From an uncultured Methanosarcinales archaeon (GTDB taxonomy: Archaea > Nanobdellota > Nanobdellia > Woesearchaeales > CAYSVS01), in the NCBI GenBank assembly GCA_964434475.1, contig CAYSVS010000001.1, positions 22,820 to 86,819 on the forward strand: 64,000 bases of DNA, written 5' to 3'. Positions 28,442 to 41,200 of the stretch are shown piece by piece. The stretch's first letter is position 1, and each line of letters begins with the position of its first letter. The notes beneath the pieces are model-generated. The model did not search any database and had not been told where the DNA came from. It saw nothing but the letters and a program-made list of their open reading frames with translations. Position numbers and translations under genes: made by a program.

Positions 28442-28786
28442 GTGATTTTAATGTTAGTGAATTTATTGAATGCGATTTTTGCAATAATGGGAGGATATAT
28501 TGCAATAACTTATTTGTTTCCTATGCTGAAAGATTTTTTGGCAGGAGCGATAAAGGACAAGGTAAGCTTAGAAGGATTGATGGGTGTACTTAATCTATAT
28601 GTTATAGTGTTTGTTCTTGCTGCAGTTGTTAAGGAATTGGTAGCTATTAATAACCAATATCTTAATTATGTGAATGTATTATCTCCTGCATTGATTGTGA
28701 TGGTTGATCTGATACCTTATCTTAAATATCTAGTATTAGGTGTTTTAGTAATAATAGGTATTAACTCATTCAAGAAGAAAAGATAA
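28442..28786 (+). CDS. Small membrane protein (3 TM)
   Basis: Hydrophobic 114-aa ORF. Confidence 0.3.
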   Translation: MILMLVNLLNAIFAIMGGYIAITYLFPMLKDFLAGAIKDKVSLEGLMGVLNLYVIVFVLAAVVKELVAINNQYLNYVNVLSPALIVMVDLIPYLKYLVLGVLVIIGINSFKKKR

Positions 28787-28789
28787 TTG

Positions 28790-29134
28790 TTAAAAGACAA
28801 TCTTGTCTTTTATTTTTGTTTTACTTTTTTTTATTTTTCCTTGAGGAAGTTCAATAACATATTTAGCTTTTATTTTTGGATTTATAGTGGTAAAAGGTTT
28901 GAAGTTCTCTTTTAGAAAAATTATTTCTTTATCTTTATTCAGCCATAATACGTCTATAGGATAAAAGACAAAGAACATATGTAAAGGAATATTCTGTTCT
29001 TTATTGAATCTGAAAATATATCCTGTGTCTTTGATCTTTTTTGAAAACATCAAGCCTATAGTTTTGGAGAATGCACTGTTAAGCATTATTTTTTTCTTTG
29101 TTAATGTGGTATTTTTAAAACTGTTTTTTATCAT
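28790..29134 (-). CDS. DUF192-family protein
   Basis: 114 aa. GLMF...MFFVFYPIDVLWLNKDKEII...AKYVIELPQGKIKK resembles the DUF192/COG1430 family. Confidence 0.5.
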   Translation of the reverse strand: MIKNSFKNTTLTKKKIMLNSAFSKTIGLMFSKKIKDTGYIFRFNKEQNIPLHMFFVFYPIDVLWLNKDKEIIFLKENFKPFTTINPKIKAKYVIELPQGKIKKSKTKIKDKIVF

Positions 29135-29287
29135 TAAATAAAAAATAAAAGGAAAAGTATTTAAATTAGTTTATTTTCTAATGTTAGAAAGTAATGTGGA
29201 TTCATTGCTATGACTAGGGGTGGGAGTAGCTTGAGGGAGCTATTAGCATCGTAGTGAATTCTTGAAATTAAAAGAGGGAGAGAATAT

Positions 29288-32200
29288 TTGAGGGGAAAGA
29301 GAGGATTTAGTAGAGTAAGATTATTGTTGTTAGTTTTTGTTATTTTAGCTATGTCTTCTTATGCTTTGCCTTCTTTTATATCTATCTGGGATGATACTGA
29401 TCTAGGTAAAGTTATGTATCCTTATAATATGACTTATTTCTATGCTAATTATACTAATTCAACTGGGGACGTAATAACGGGCATGACTCCAGTTTGTAAC
29501 ATAACCATTATAAATACAGAAGGTCCAGGTATAGCGGGTCCTATCCCTATGCAGTATAATGCTGTATCTTTTTTATATGAATACAATAACACTTTTGATG
29601 ATGAAGGTTTGATGTTTGGACCAGGCATACATGATTGGAACGTTAGTTGTGCTTATGATCTTTATGATTATAATTCTAGCTCAGATACTGTAAATATTTC
29701 AGGAGATATGGATGAGATTTTCATAGAAAAATACGCCTTAAATGGAACGGTGTATGAAGATGAGATTGTTACATTCATCCTGAATGTAACGAATTTTGGC
29801 ATGGAAAATTATACAGACTTGTTTTTGGTTGATGAGTTCAACATCAGTTATCTAAATTTTAGTGCATCTACAACTTACCCTGTAAATATTATTCCTGAAG
29901 TTAACTATACTTCTGGAGAAGTTGAATGGATGCTTAATTTAAGCGTAGGCCATTCTTTTGTTGCATTAGTGAATTTCACAGCACTTCAAACAGGCAACAC
30001 AACAAACTATGTTTATGTTAAAAACGATACAGAATATTTTGGAGGAGATTTTGAGGAGATTGAAATCTTGTGGGAAGAAGAGCTTTGTAATCTTGATTTT
30101 AGCAATGTTTCATGCATTTCAAGAGAACCTTGGTGTTCCTGGAATGAAGACTATTGGAATCCTTTTACCCAAGAAGATGGATATTGTATGCCTAATTGTT
30201 CTTTGTTGACAGTAGAGGATTGTCAAGATTATCCTTATGAATGCAATTGGAACGGAAGCAGTTGTAATGATCTAGATTGTTATAGTATAGGCATTGAATC
30301 AGAATGTGGCCAGTATGATCAATGTTATTGGGATTTTGAAGAAAGTGATTGCGATCCTAATTGCACCTACTTTAACTATGATAATCCTGAGTTTAATGAG
30401 TCAAGCGACAATATATTTGAGAATGCAAGTATTTGGTGTATGAAAGCTGATTGCGATTGGAATGGAAGCTATTGTATTGAAGATGAAGAAGAGATAAATA
30501 TTTCTGTAAATAAAATTTTGTTGGACTCCAACATCTATCCTGGAGATACTGTTCAGTTTATGATAAACATAACCAATGTTGGAGATAGTGGCTTGGTTAA
30601 TATCTGGGGTTATGATGACTATAATGATACTTTTATGAATTTTACAGGCATAAGCTGCGGATATATGGCTCATGGTTCAAGATGGGTGCAGATTAATTTT
30701 ACTCAATGTGTTGGTGGTGGTTTGCCACCAGGAGAATCTGTTGCTGCATATATTAACTTTACTGCATTAGAATCAGGCAGTACTTTTAACAATGTCAGCG
30801 TTAATGCAACAGATTTTGATATGAATAATATACTTGAATCTGACCAGATAGATTTCGGGATCTTGGGCGGAGAAGAAGGAAGCGAAGCACCTTGTAATAT
30901 TGAGAATGAAACACAGTGTTTTATGAGAAGCGAGTGTATCTGGGATGACATGATGCATAATCCTTTAACTGATAGCAATGGTTATTGTCAGACCAATTGT
31001 TCTTTGTTGACAGTAGAGGATTGTCAAGATTATCCTTATGAATGCAATTGGAACGGAAGCAGTTGTAATGATCTAGATTGTTATAGTATAGGCATTGAAT
31101 CAGAATGTGGCCAGTATGATCAATGTTATTGGGATTTTGAAGAAAGTGATTGCGATCCTAATTGCACCTACTTTAACTATGATAATCCTGAGTTTAATGA
31201 GTCAAGCGACAATATATTTGAGAATGCAAGTATTTGGTGTATGAAAGCTGATTGCGATTGGAATGGAAGCTATTGTATTGAAGATGAAGAAGAGATAAAT
31301 ATTTCTGTAAATAAAATTTTGTTGGACTCCAACATCTATCCTGGAGATACTGTTCAGTTTATGATAAACATAACCAATGTTGGAGATAGTGGCTTGGTTA
31401 ATATCTGGGGTTATGATGACTATAATGATACTTTTATGAATTTTACAGGCATAAGCTGCGGATATATGGCTCATGGTTCAAGATGGGTGCAGATTAATTT
31501 TACTCAATGTGTTGGTGGTGGTTTGCCACCAGGAGAATCTGTTGCTGCATATATTAACTTTACTGCATTAGAATCAGGCAGTACTTTTAACAATGTCAGC
31601 GTTAATGCAACAGATTTTGATATGAATAATATACTTGAATCTGACCAGATAGATTTCGCAATCTTGGGTGGAGAAGAAGATGAAGATAATGTAACTATAA
31701 ACAAGACAGTTATAACCCCGAGTGTTGAAGACGGAAGTATAGCATCATTTATGATAACAGTTAATAACAACGAACCATATAATATTACAAATTATGAAGT
31801 ATATGATTTCTTCAATACTAGTATGATCAATTATACTGCTGCAAGTTATACGCCCGAGGATATTAATTATACTATGGGTAGAGTTATCTGGGTAATCAAT
31901 AATCTTGAGAATTACAGCTCTTTTTCATTCAATGTGAATTTTTCAACATTTATAGAAGGAAATACTACAAATTATGTTGTCCTGAAGAACAGCACAGGAA
32001 ATCATGTTGCGGATGATAACGCAAGTTTAGAGATAACCTTATTTGAGGAAGAAGATGAAGGAATGTATGATTTTGGAGATGCGCCTGACTCTTGCAACCA
32101 TTTCGGAACAGATATGGAGACAGATCCTAGTATGTTTACCAGCGATATAATTGCAAATTATCCTACAGTACATAACATAACCTTAAAAGATAATTGCGGA

Positions 32201-35200
32201 AAAACTTATGGTCCTTGTCATGATAACTATTTTTTGACTTTAGGAAGTAATATAACCTTAGAACAAGAAGCTGATAAAGGAACTGATGAAGATGCTCCTG
32301 ATAATAATATTCAGCCATCAATAAACCAATCTGATTTTGATTCGATCGGAACAAGTTTTGGAATGGATGATGGGCTAGATGCAGCAGGTATTGATTCTAC
32401 AAGTTTAAACCAATTTAATTGGTCACATTGTGAGAATGTCACAATACCTGTAAATATTACTGTAATTGGCGGTCCTTATGCAAGCGATTGGAATGCGACA
32501 TTGAACATTTGGATTGATTATAGTAGGAATGGACAATGGGGCAGTCCCGGAGGGACAGAGGATTATGTCATGTGCGGTATGGATTCTATATCTGAATGGG
32601 TTGTGCAGAATGAAGTTGTAGCTCAGTTAAGTGGTGGCGGATTTGGTCCAGGTTCTTTTCTACACAATGTAACTTTTATGGCACTCTCTAATTTTTCAAA
32701 CTATACTTGGATGAGATTACAGGTGACTCCTACAGAAGTCGATATAATAGATTATGCTGATGGTTCAGGTCCTGCTGTGTGTTATGAAGATGGAGAAACA
32801 GAGGATTATTATGTTAAAATTATGCCTTTGGAAGAAGAGGAAGAAGAGTTTGAGGAGAATGTTACTATAGAAAAAACCGCTTTGTATTCTGAAGTAGAAA
32901 ATGGAAGTATAGCAACATTCATGATAAACGTAACCAATTATAATGATTTTAATATCACTGATTATGTAATATATGATTTCTTCAACACAAGCATGCTGAA
33001 TTATACTGCTGCAAGTTATACGCAAGAGGATGTCAATTATACTGAAGGAAGAGTTGTTTGGGTTATCAATAATCTTCCTGCTTATGAATCATTTGAGTTT
33101 AGTGTAAACTTTACAACATTGATGATAGGAAACACGACCAATGAAGTTATCTTGAAAAATAGTACAGGAGATTATGTTGATGAAGATGAAGCAAGTTTAG
33201 ATATTATTATGGCTGCAGAAATGCCTGTATTCAATTTTAATGGAACAGTGTATGATGATATGGGTAATACTCTTAGCGGAGCGAATGTCAGTGTAGATGT
33301 ATGGAATAATACAGAAGAACCTATCAGGATTTCAGTTGAATCCACTTTAACCGATGGTTCTGGAGAATTTAATATAGCTCTGCCTGAATATGATCTTGTT
33401 GATAATTATATTTACAAGACAAAAGTGTATTTCGATAATGGTACGCATATATTTGTAAGCAAAGCACCTATGTCTTTATTAAAATCACAATTGGTTGGTG
33501 TTTCTCCTGCACAATTCCATATGACAGAAGGCACCAAATTAAATATTAGTTTGATGGAGATTCCTGGCGAATCAAGATGTTTTATGGATACACTTAAGGA
33601 TGGATTAACAGGAGTCAGAGTAGGTGGGATAGAAGGTACAGTTGGAGATGAAAACGAGAACACTTCGATAAATTTCAGTATAATATATGTGCCTACTGGT
33701 AGAGATTATTCTTTAAGGCTTCAGCCTTGCGCAGCCGATCCTTTTTCAAGAGATATTTCTGCTTCTGAATTAAATCCTAATACTGTCACTAATTTACAAT
33801 ATAACTATTCCCAATCTTTTACCTTTGTTAGTGGCTATGTTAATGGAGATAATTTTGATACTTTCCATATAAACAATTTCGCGTTTGAAGCTGATGCTAT
33901 GATAAAGATACTTGGACCTAATCCAAGCAATAGTGCTTCTGAATCAACAGGAAATGGATTAAATACAAATGATACTTATGATGCATCAACTGGCTTCTTT
34001 AACATTAGCCTACCTGGAAAAGTTTCTCCTGGTGCAAATGTATTCTTGTTTTTTGTAGCTGAAAACAGTTCAGGAAGATACGCTGCTTTTAGGAATTATA
34101 CTATAAATTATAATCAGCCAACTTTTGATATAGGGATTATTGATTTGTATAAGATGCAAGGGTATGCTGCAGATAGGCAGATAAAATATAGTTATAGGGA
34201 AAGCAACGGAAACATTACACAAAAACAAACAAACATCACTGAAGTAAATATTTCATTAGTTGATGAAAGCGGATTACCTGTAACAGACACTTTGTTTATC
34301 GAAGCTTCATTTGAATATGATACTTCAGAATTAACTGATTTTTTTATACCTGTAGAGATTCCGGGATATGATTATCAGGGTGAAAGAATATTTTATAATG
34401 GCAAATTTACTGTTCCTGTTTTAGAAGGGGGAAATATTAAGATAAAAGTATATTCTCCTAAATATTCTATCAAGGAATATGATATTTCAAGCGAAGAGAT
34501 AGCTGCATTAAATCCCGGCGACTCTATAGAGTTAAACTTAACCAATTATACTTCAGGAGATATTGCTGGAAGCTTAAGCACAGATGATATATTTATAGAA
34601 TTTTTAGAGGATTCTCCTGAGTGCAGCAAGCCTGATTATGATGCAGATGCATGTGCCAGGATACCAAGACAAACATTGACAGATTTTAATTATATAGATA
34701 GTGCTTTGGGACTTAGCGAGGCTAATATTGTCGTAGGGAGGAATAGTACAGGCTTGTCTGTAATGTATGTTGAAGCTGATCTTTTTACTTCTGGTGCTTT
34801 AGAAGCTTTATTTGATTCTGATGCTGTTGCTTCAGGTTCAGGTGATTCTTTAGAAGAAGCATGGAGATTCGGAAGTATGGGTCCTGATATATATGAACAC
34901 ATCTTGATATCTATGCCTTATAATGACACTTTCAATGAAAGCGAGTTGGGTTTTAATCTAGATTATCTTTATGATGATAATTGGAATATTATCTGGAATG
35001 TTTCTGCTAATGGTACAAATGTTAACATTGATGATTACTTGGATTATTCTTCTGATTATTTTGAAGGGATAGAATGTACAGATGTTAACAAGAGTGCAAA
35101 GTGTTATATCAATACTAGCTTAAATATGGCTTGGATAAGAGTTCCTCATTTTTCGGGAGTTGGACCTGTATTTGGTATTTTGGATGAAGGCGAGGATATA

Positions 35201-38200
35201 GAAAACGCAACAATAACAAAAACTGCAGTTTTATCGCAAGTAGATAATGGTTCAATCGCTCAATTTATAATAAATATTACTAATACTGGCACAGCTAATA
35301 TTACCAATGCAGAACTTGGTGATGAATATAATATTTCTTATATGAACTTTACAGGCTATTCAACTTTAGACTTAGGTATATCTTTGCCAAATGTTATGGG
35401 CAATAGGGTTGAATGGGATGTTAATATTAGTGTTGGAGAAAGCGTATCTTTGATTGTAAACTTTACAACCTATGCAGTAGGCAACACAACCAACGAGGTT
35501 GAGTTTGAGAAAAACGAAACATATGATTTTGATTCTGATGAAGCTAATCTGGAGATTCTTGTTGGTGTTCCTCATTTCATAGAGAACGCTTCTTTGACAA
35601 AGACTGCTTTGAATAGTCCTGTTGATGTGGGTAGTATTGCGCAGTTTATGATTAATGTTACCAATACAGGTAATGTTAATCTTACTGGATATGAATTGAC
35701 TGATAGATTTAATATAAGCTATATGAATTTCACTTGGGCAAGTCAACCACCAAATGATGTGAGGTTTAGTGAAGGCGAAGTTGAATGGGTATTGAACGTA
35801 AGTGTTGGTGAATCTGAAATAATTCATGTGAATTTTACAACCTATAAAACAGGCACAACATTTAATGAGGTAGATTTTGAAAATAGTACTGGTTTTGGAA
35901 TAACTGAGAGTAATGTGGGTATTGAAATTATAGAACCTGCTTCAGATGTATTGCTTGTCAATACTACAGGATATATTAATCAGACAGGATATTTTATACT
36001 TAATTTAACAAATCCTATCCAGGCAGCAATAGATTCTGCAAATATAGGAGATTTGATTAACATATCCGAAGGAGTATATTTAGCAAATATAAGGGTAGAT
36101 AAAAAAATAGAAATTCATGGAGTTAATAAGACAGGTACAATAATAAGTGCTGCGTCTTCTGGAACAGATATCTTTTATGTTCAAGAAGATAAGGTAAATA
36201 TAAGTCAAATGACATTGACGCGTGCAAATACTGGTTCTGTTGCAGGTATACATTTGCATAATGCAAGCAGGTGCGTGGTGGAAAATGTTTTTTCATTTAA
36301 CAATAGTTATGGTGTTTTAATAACAGGAACATCAGATCATCATATTTGTAATGAGAATATAATAAAAAACAATAATCTTAGCCTGAATATTATAAGAAAT
36401 ATAGGTATAGGTTATTCAAATGGGTATTGCGATGATAACGAAATAATCGATAACCATATATCCTTTTCAATACAGGATGGAATTGCAGTATCAAATTCTG
36501 CAAATACAATAATACGTGATAATAAGATATACAATAATACTAATTCTGGTGGCTATGCTATATCTTTGTCAAGTACCACAAACACTTCAATATACGATAA
36601 TGAAATCCTAAATAATTATTATGGGATGAGGATAACTAATCCTTATGTGGGTAATCAGTATCATAATTATATATATGAAAACATCTTAACAGATAATAGG
36701 ATTAATTTCTATATATTGCATAAGGATAATATTATCTTTAACAATACTATAGTTTCTTTTGCAGATTGGGGTTCGTCAAATTATGGTTTTTGGATGGATC
36801 TTGATGCAGCGAACAATACAATATATAACAATATTATAAATATTTCAGGTGTAACAAGTTTGTTTTCTGTAGTGAAACCAAATAATTGGAATACTACAAG
36901 TAGTGCAGATACCAATATTATAGGAAAAAGTGCTTTTGGAGGCAATTTTTGGGCGAACGAATCAGGAGGTTTTTCTGTAACTTGTTCGGACAATGATTTT
37001 GACGGATATTGTGATGCTAATTATGTTTTAGATACTGGCAATATAGATTATTTTCCTTTAGCAGCAGAAATGGGACAGAATCCTACTGTTTTTATAGAAA
37101 ATGCTACATTAACAAAGACAGTTTTGAATAGTACTGTAGCTAACGGCAGTATTGCGCAGTTTATGATTAATGTTACCAATACAGGTAATGTTAATCTTAC
37201 TGGATATGAATTGACTGATAGATTTAATATAAGTTATATGAATTTCACTTGGGCAAGTCAACCACCACATGATGTGAGGTTTAGTGAAGGCGAAGTTGAA
37301 TGGATGTTTAATCTTAGTGTTGGCAGCACCAAAGTAATTTTTGTCAATTTCACCACCTATAAGGTTGGCAATACGACTAATGGAGTTGATCTTGTAAATT
37401 CATCTGATGATGATATAGCTTATGATGATGCTGATCTTGTTATAACTCTTCCTCTTGTTCCATCTAACATCACAACAGTAGGCTTAGGCAGTCCTTGCTT
37501 AAACCATAACGATTATTTTGAAGGTGCAGCAACATCGCCTTTTGAAGGTCCTGTTAATCCTGATTTAAACAAAATGCCTGATTATTTTTCAGCTGATGGA
37601 GATGTTGTGTATATGTTGGCTAATTTCACATATAACGCTACGCATGGTAACTGTTCTAATATGACTGTTACAGCTGATTTCTCTTTAGCGGGTGGAGAAA
37701 GCAATATTCCAGCAGATTTATTTTCATTTACAAATACTAGCGAATCTTATTATTGTATTTTCAATGCATCTGGAACAGTAAATATGAGCAATGATGTTTC
37801 TTTGGATGGCATGTTAATTGCGCCAGTAAACGTAAGCTTTACAGCAACTGACGGAATAAATAATGTTACAGGAAAAGGAAGGAATGCTGTTATAGTTAAT
37901 ACAACTTATGCTCCATCATGTGGAGTTAATCAACCTGATAATTGCACTATTGCAGATTTGGGTGGGTTTACTGGAGATTCAACAGATTTCATCGACTTGG
38001 CGCATAATGGTAATTTCTTTGATTTCGATAATTTAACTTTTGATATTCCAGGACATAGCAAGATAGTGTTTACAGATAATGTTTCAATTCCAAGACCGAG
38101 TGCTATGCAGGGTTTGATGGATTTTGCTGTAGATAATATGTTGATTAACGGAACTATCGGGGTTAATGATTCTAAATATGATGGCAGCTATGATGATAAA

Positions 38201-41200
38201 CCTAACTTAACAGGAATACATGCAGAGCTTACATTCTATAATATCACTGGATTATATGGCATCAATACTCCGCAAGTTATCAAACAGGCGTTTGGTGGAG
38301 GAGCAGTACAACAAGTGTATGTTTCTGGTCAATTTAGTTTTGATCCTGGAACTGGAAATCTTATATTGCCGATAACTTCCTTTTCACAATATACTGTTCA
38401 GGAAGCACCAGAAGAATTGATTGAAAACGCAACAATAACAAAAACTTTGCTTAATGGTCCTTTAACTGTTGGAGATACAGCGGTGTTTATGATAAATGTA
38501 ACCAACACAGGCACAGTTAACTTTACTGAATTTGAGATAAGAGACTCTTGGAATTCTTCTCATATCAATTACACAGCTTCTGCAAGTCCGGACTATTGCG
38601 TATTTGATGAAGTTAATTATACTGACAGTGAAGCATTCTGGCTGCTTAACCTTAGTGTTGGAGATAGCGCATTGCTTTACGTAAACTTTACAACACTTGC
38701 AACTGGAAATACAACAAACGAGATTGACATAGAGAATTCAACAGGCGGTGATATGGCATATGACGATGAAGATATTGAGATTACTTCTGGACAGCAGCCT
38801 ATAAATGTAACTTTGATATATCCGACAAATGGTTTGATTTTGAATGAAAGTTCATTTAATTTAAATTATAGCGTTAACATAGAATCTAATTGCACTTTGT
38901 ATATTAATAATTCAGGAAATTGGACTCCTTACGAAAGTAATGTACACTTGGGAAATTGGAGTGTTGATATGAACTTAGTTGATGGAAATTATATGTGGAA
39001 TGTATACTGCTTTGATGTCAACAATATCTCAAACAATGCTTGGGCTGAAACAAGTAATTTTACTTTTGTTGTTAATGCATATTCTAGAGATTTTTATGAA
39101 ATTGATGATAACTACACTTTAGCTAATTGGATAACAACAGACAATGTTCCGCAACATCATACTTTTAATCCAGTAAATGACAGCGATTGGTTTAAGTTCA
39201 ATACGACTGCACATAATGAATATACAATTGAAACATATAATCTAAGCGGAGGAGCAGATACAATGTTGTTATTGTATGATTCTGATGGGCAGACATATCT
39301 GACTTATGATGACGATTCTGGACCAGGGTATGGTTCTATTTTAAGATTTAAGGAAGAGGAGAATAAGACATATTATGTTTTGGTTGATGATTATTGGTCA
39401 TCAGGAAACTCTTATAATAATGCAACCTATTCAGTTAAGGTGAATTCATCAGCCATATCTAATGTAGGTAGTTATGATAGTTATGAATATGATGATTATG
39501 CTTGGCAGGCGAATGTTTTAGTACCAAATGGCACAGCGCAAAGCCATAACTTTTATCCTGCTGGTGATGAAGATTGGGTTGAGATTAATATGAGTGCGGG
39601 AGCTAGTTATGTGATTGAGACTGGTAATTTAGCTAATGGTGCTGATACTTATATGTTCTTGTATGGTCCTAATGGAAACTTGTTTGCATATAATGATGAT
39701 GTTGATTCAGGTATCATAATAAGTTCAAAAATAGAATGGACTGCAAACGAATCAGGATTGCATTATCTTAAAGTAAGGGATTATGATACTGGAGCTTCAG
39801 GAGGAACTTATGATATATCTGCAACCTATGGACCTAGTATAAATAATATGTTGTGTCATAATGGGACTGGCTGGACATCATGCAGTAATATTTTATATGG
39901 GACTAACTTTTCAAGCGTAAAAGCTAATTGTACATATCCTGCTGGAATCAAGAATGTGACTTTTAGTCTATTAAATGTTGATGATAATAATTATTTCTTT
40001 ACAGAAGAGCAATACACATCAAACACAACAGACTTTTATGAGTATGACATGGGTGATATAGATGTTGATGATTCGGGAGAATGGAATATTATAGTGGAGT
40101 GTACTGCTTCTGATGGTACTTCAACAAATTATACTGAATCTTGGGGGATTGAATGGGGTAAATTATCTACTTATCTTATTGAACCAACAGATAGTATTAA
40201 TATGTTGAAATATAACCTTACAAATATTTCAACAGGTGTAACTTGTACTGGAGGAGAATGTCAAGACATAACTGCGACATTGGATCCTAAGCCAGTGTAT
40301 GTTGATCCTGTGGTTGAAAGTCTAGTTCAAGAATCAGAGCAATATTCTTTGTTTGTTGATCAAAATAAAAAACAAAGTAAAGTGGATAAAATAGAATCGG
40401 ATGCTGTAATTTCAAAACAAAAAAATACATACGCGCCAGAAGAAAAAAGCGTAGAAGAGATGCTTGACGAACAGGGAGAAGTTCCTGTGATAGTTGTATT
40501 GAAAGATGAGGATATTGAGACTGTTGAATCAAAAGGTCAATTATCTTCTTTAGATATTAAAGGACAGTCATGGGAGAATAAAAAAGAGATGATAAAACAG
40601 CAGCAGGATAAAGTGCTTTCAACATTGTCAACAGAGGATAAGAAAACTAAATTCTTGTTCTGGACCATTAAATCAGAAGAGAAAGAGTTTAATCTTAAGA
40701 GAAAGTATGGATTGACAAATGCATTCTCTGGTAAAGTAACTAAATCAGCTTATGAAAAACTAAAGAATAATCCTGATGTTAAATCAGTGCATTATGATAA
40801 GATTGAAAAAATATTGCTTCATGAGTCTGTTCCGCTGATTGAAGCAGACGAGGTTTGGAACTTGCAGTATAATGGAAACAACATAACTGGCAGTGGTGAA
40901 ACAGTTTGTGTGATAGATACTGGAGTTGATTATAATCATGCTGATCTAGGCGGATGCTTTGGAGCAGGATGTAAAGTATTGGGAGGATATGATTTTTATA
41001 ATGATGATGCTAATCCTATGGATGATCATAATGACATAGTAACTGGTCAAGGTCATGGAACTCATTGCGCTGGAATAGTTGCAAGCACCAATTCAGTATA
41101 TACTGGTGTAGCACCTGGTGCAAATATTATTGCTATGAAAGCATGCGATTCAGGTGGTTCTTGCTCGTCATCAGATATATTATCTGGAATTGAATGGTGT

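Noticed and set aside
30401-31770. Four minus-strand ORFs inside the giant gene (30401..30673, 30703..30978, 31202..31474, 31504..31770), two of them identical
   Set aside because: They are antisense to a strongly supported 15-kb coding frame. Their identity simply mirrors the exact internal duplication and they are not independent genes.
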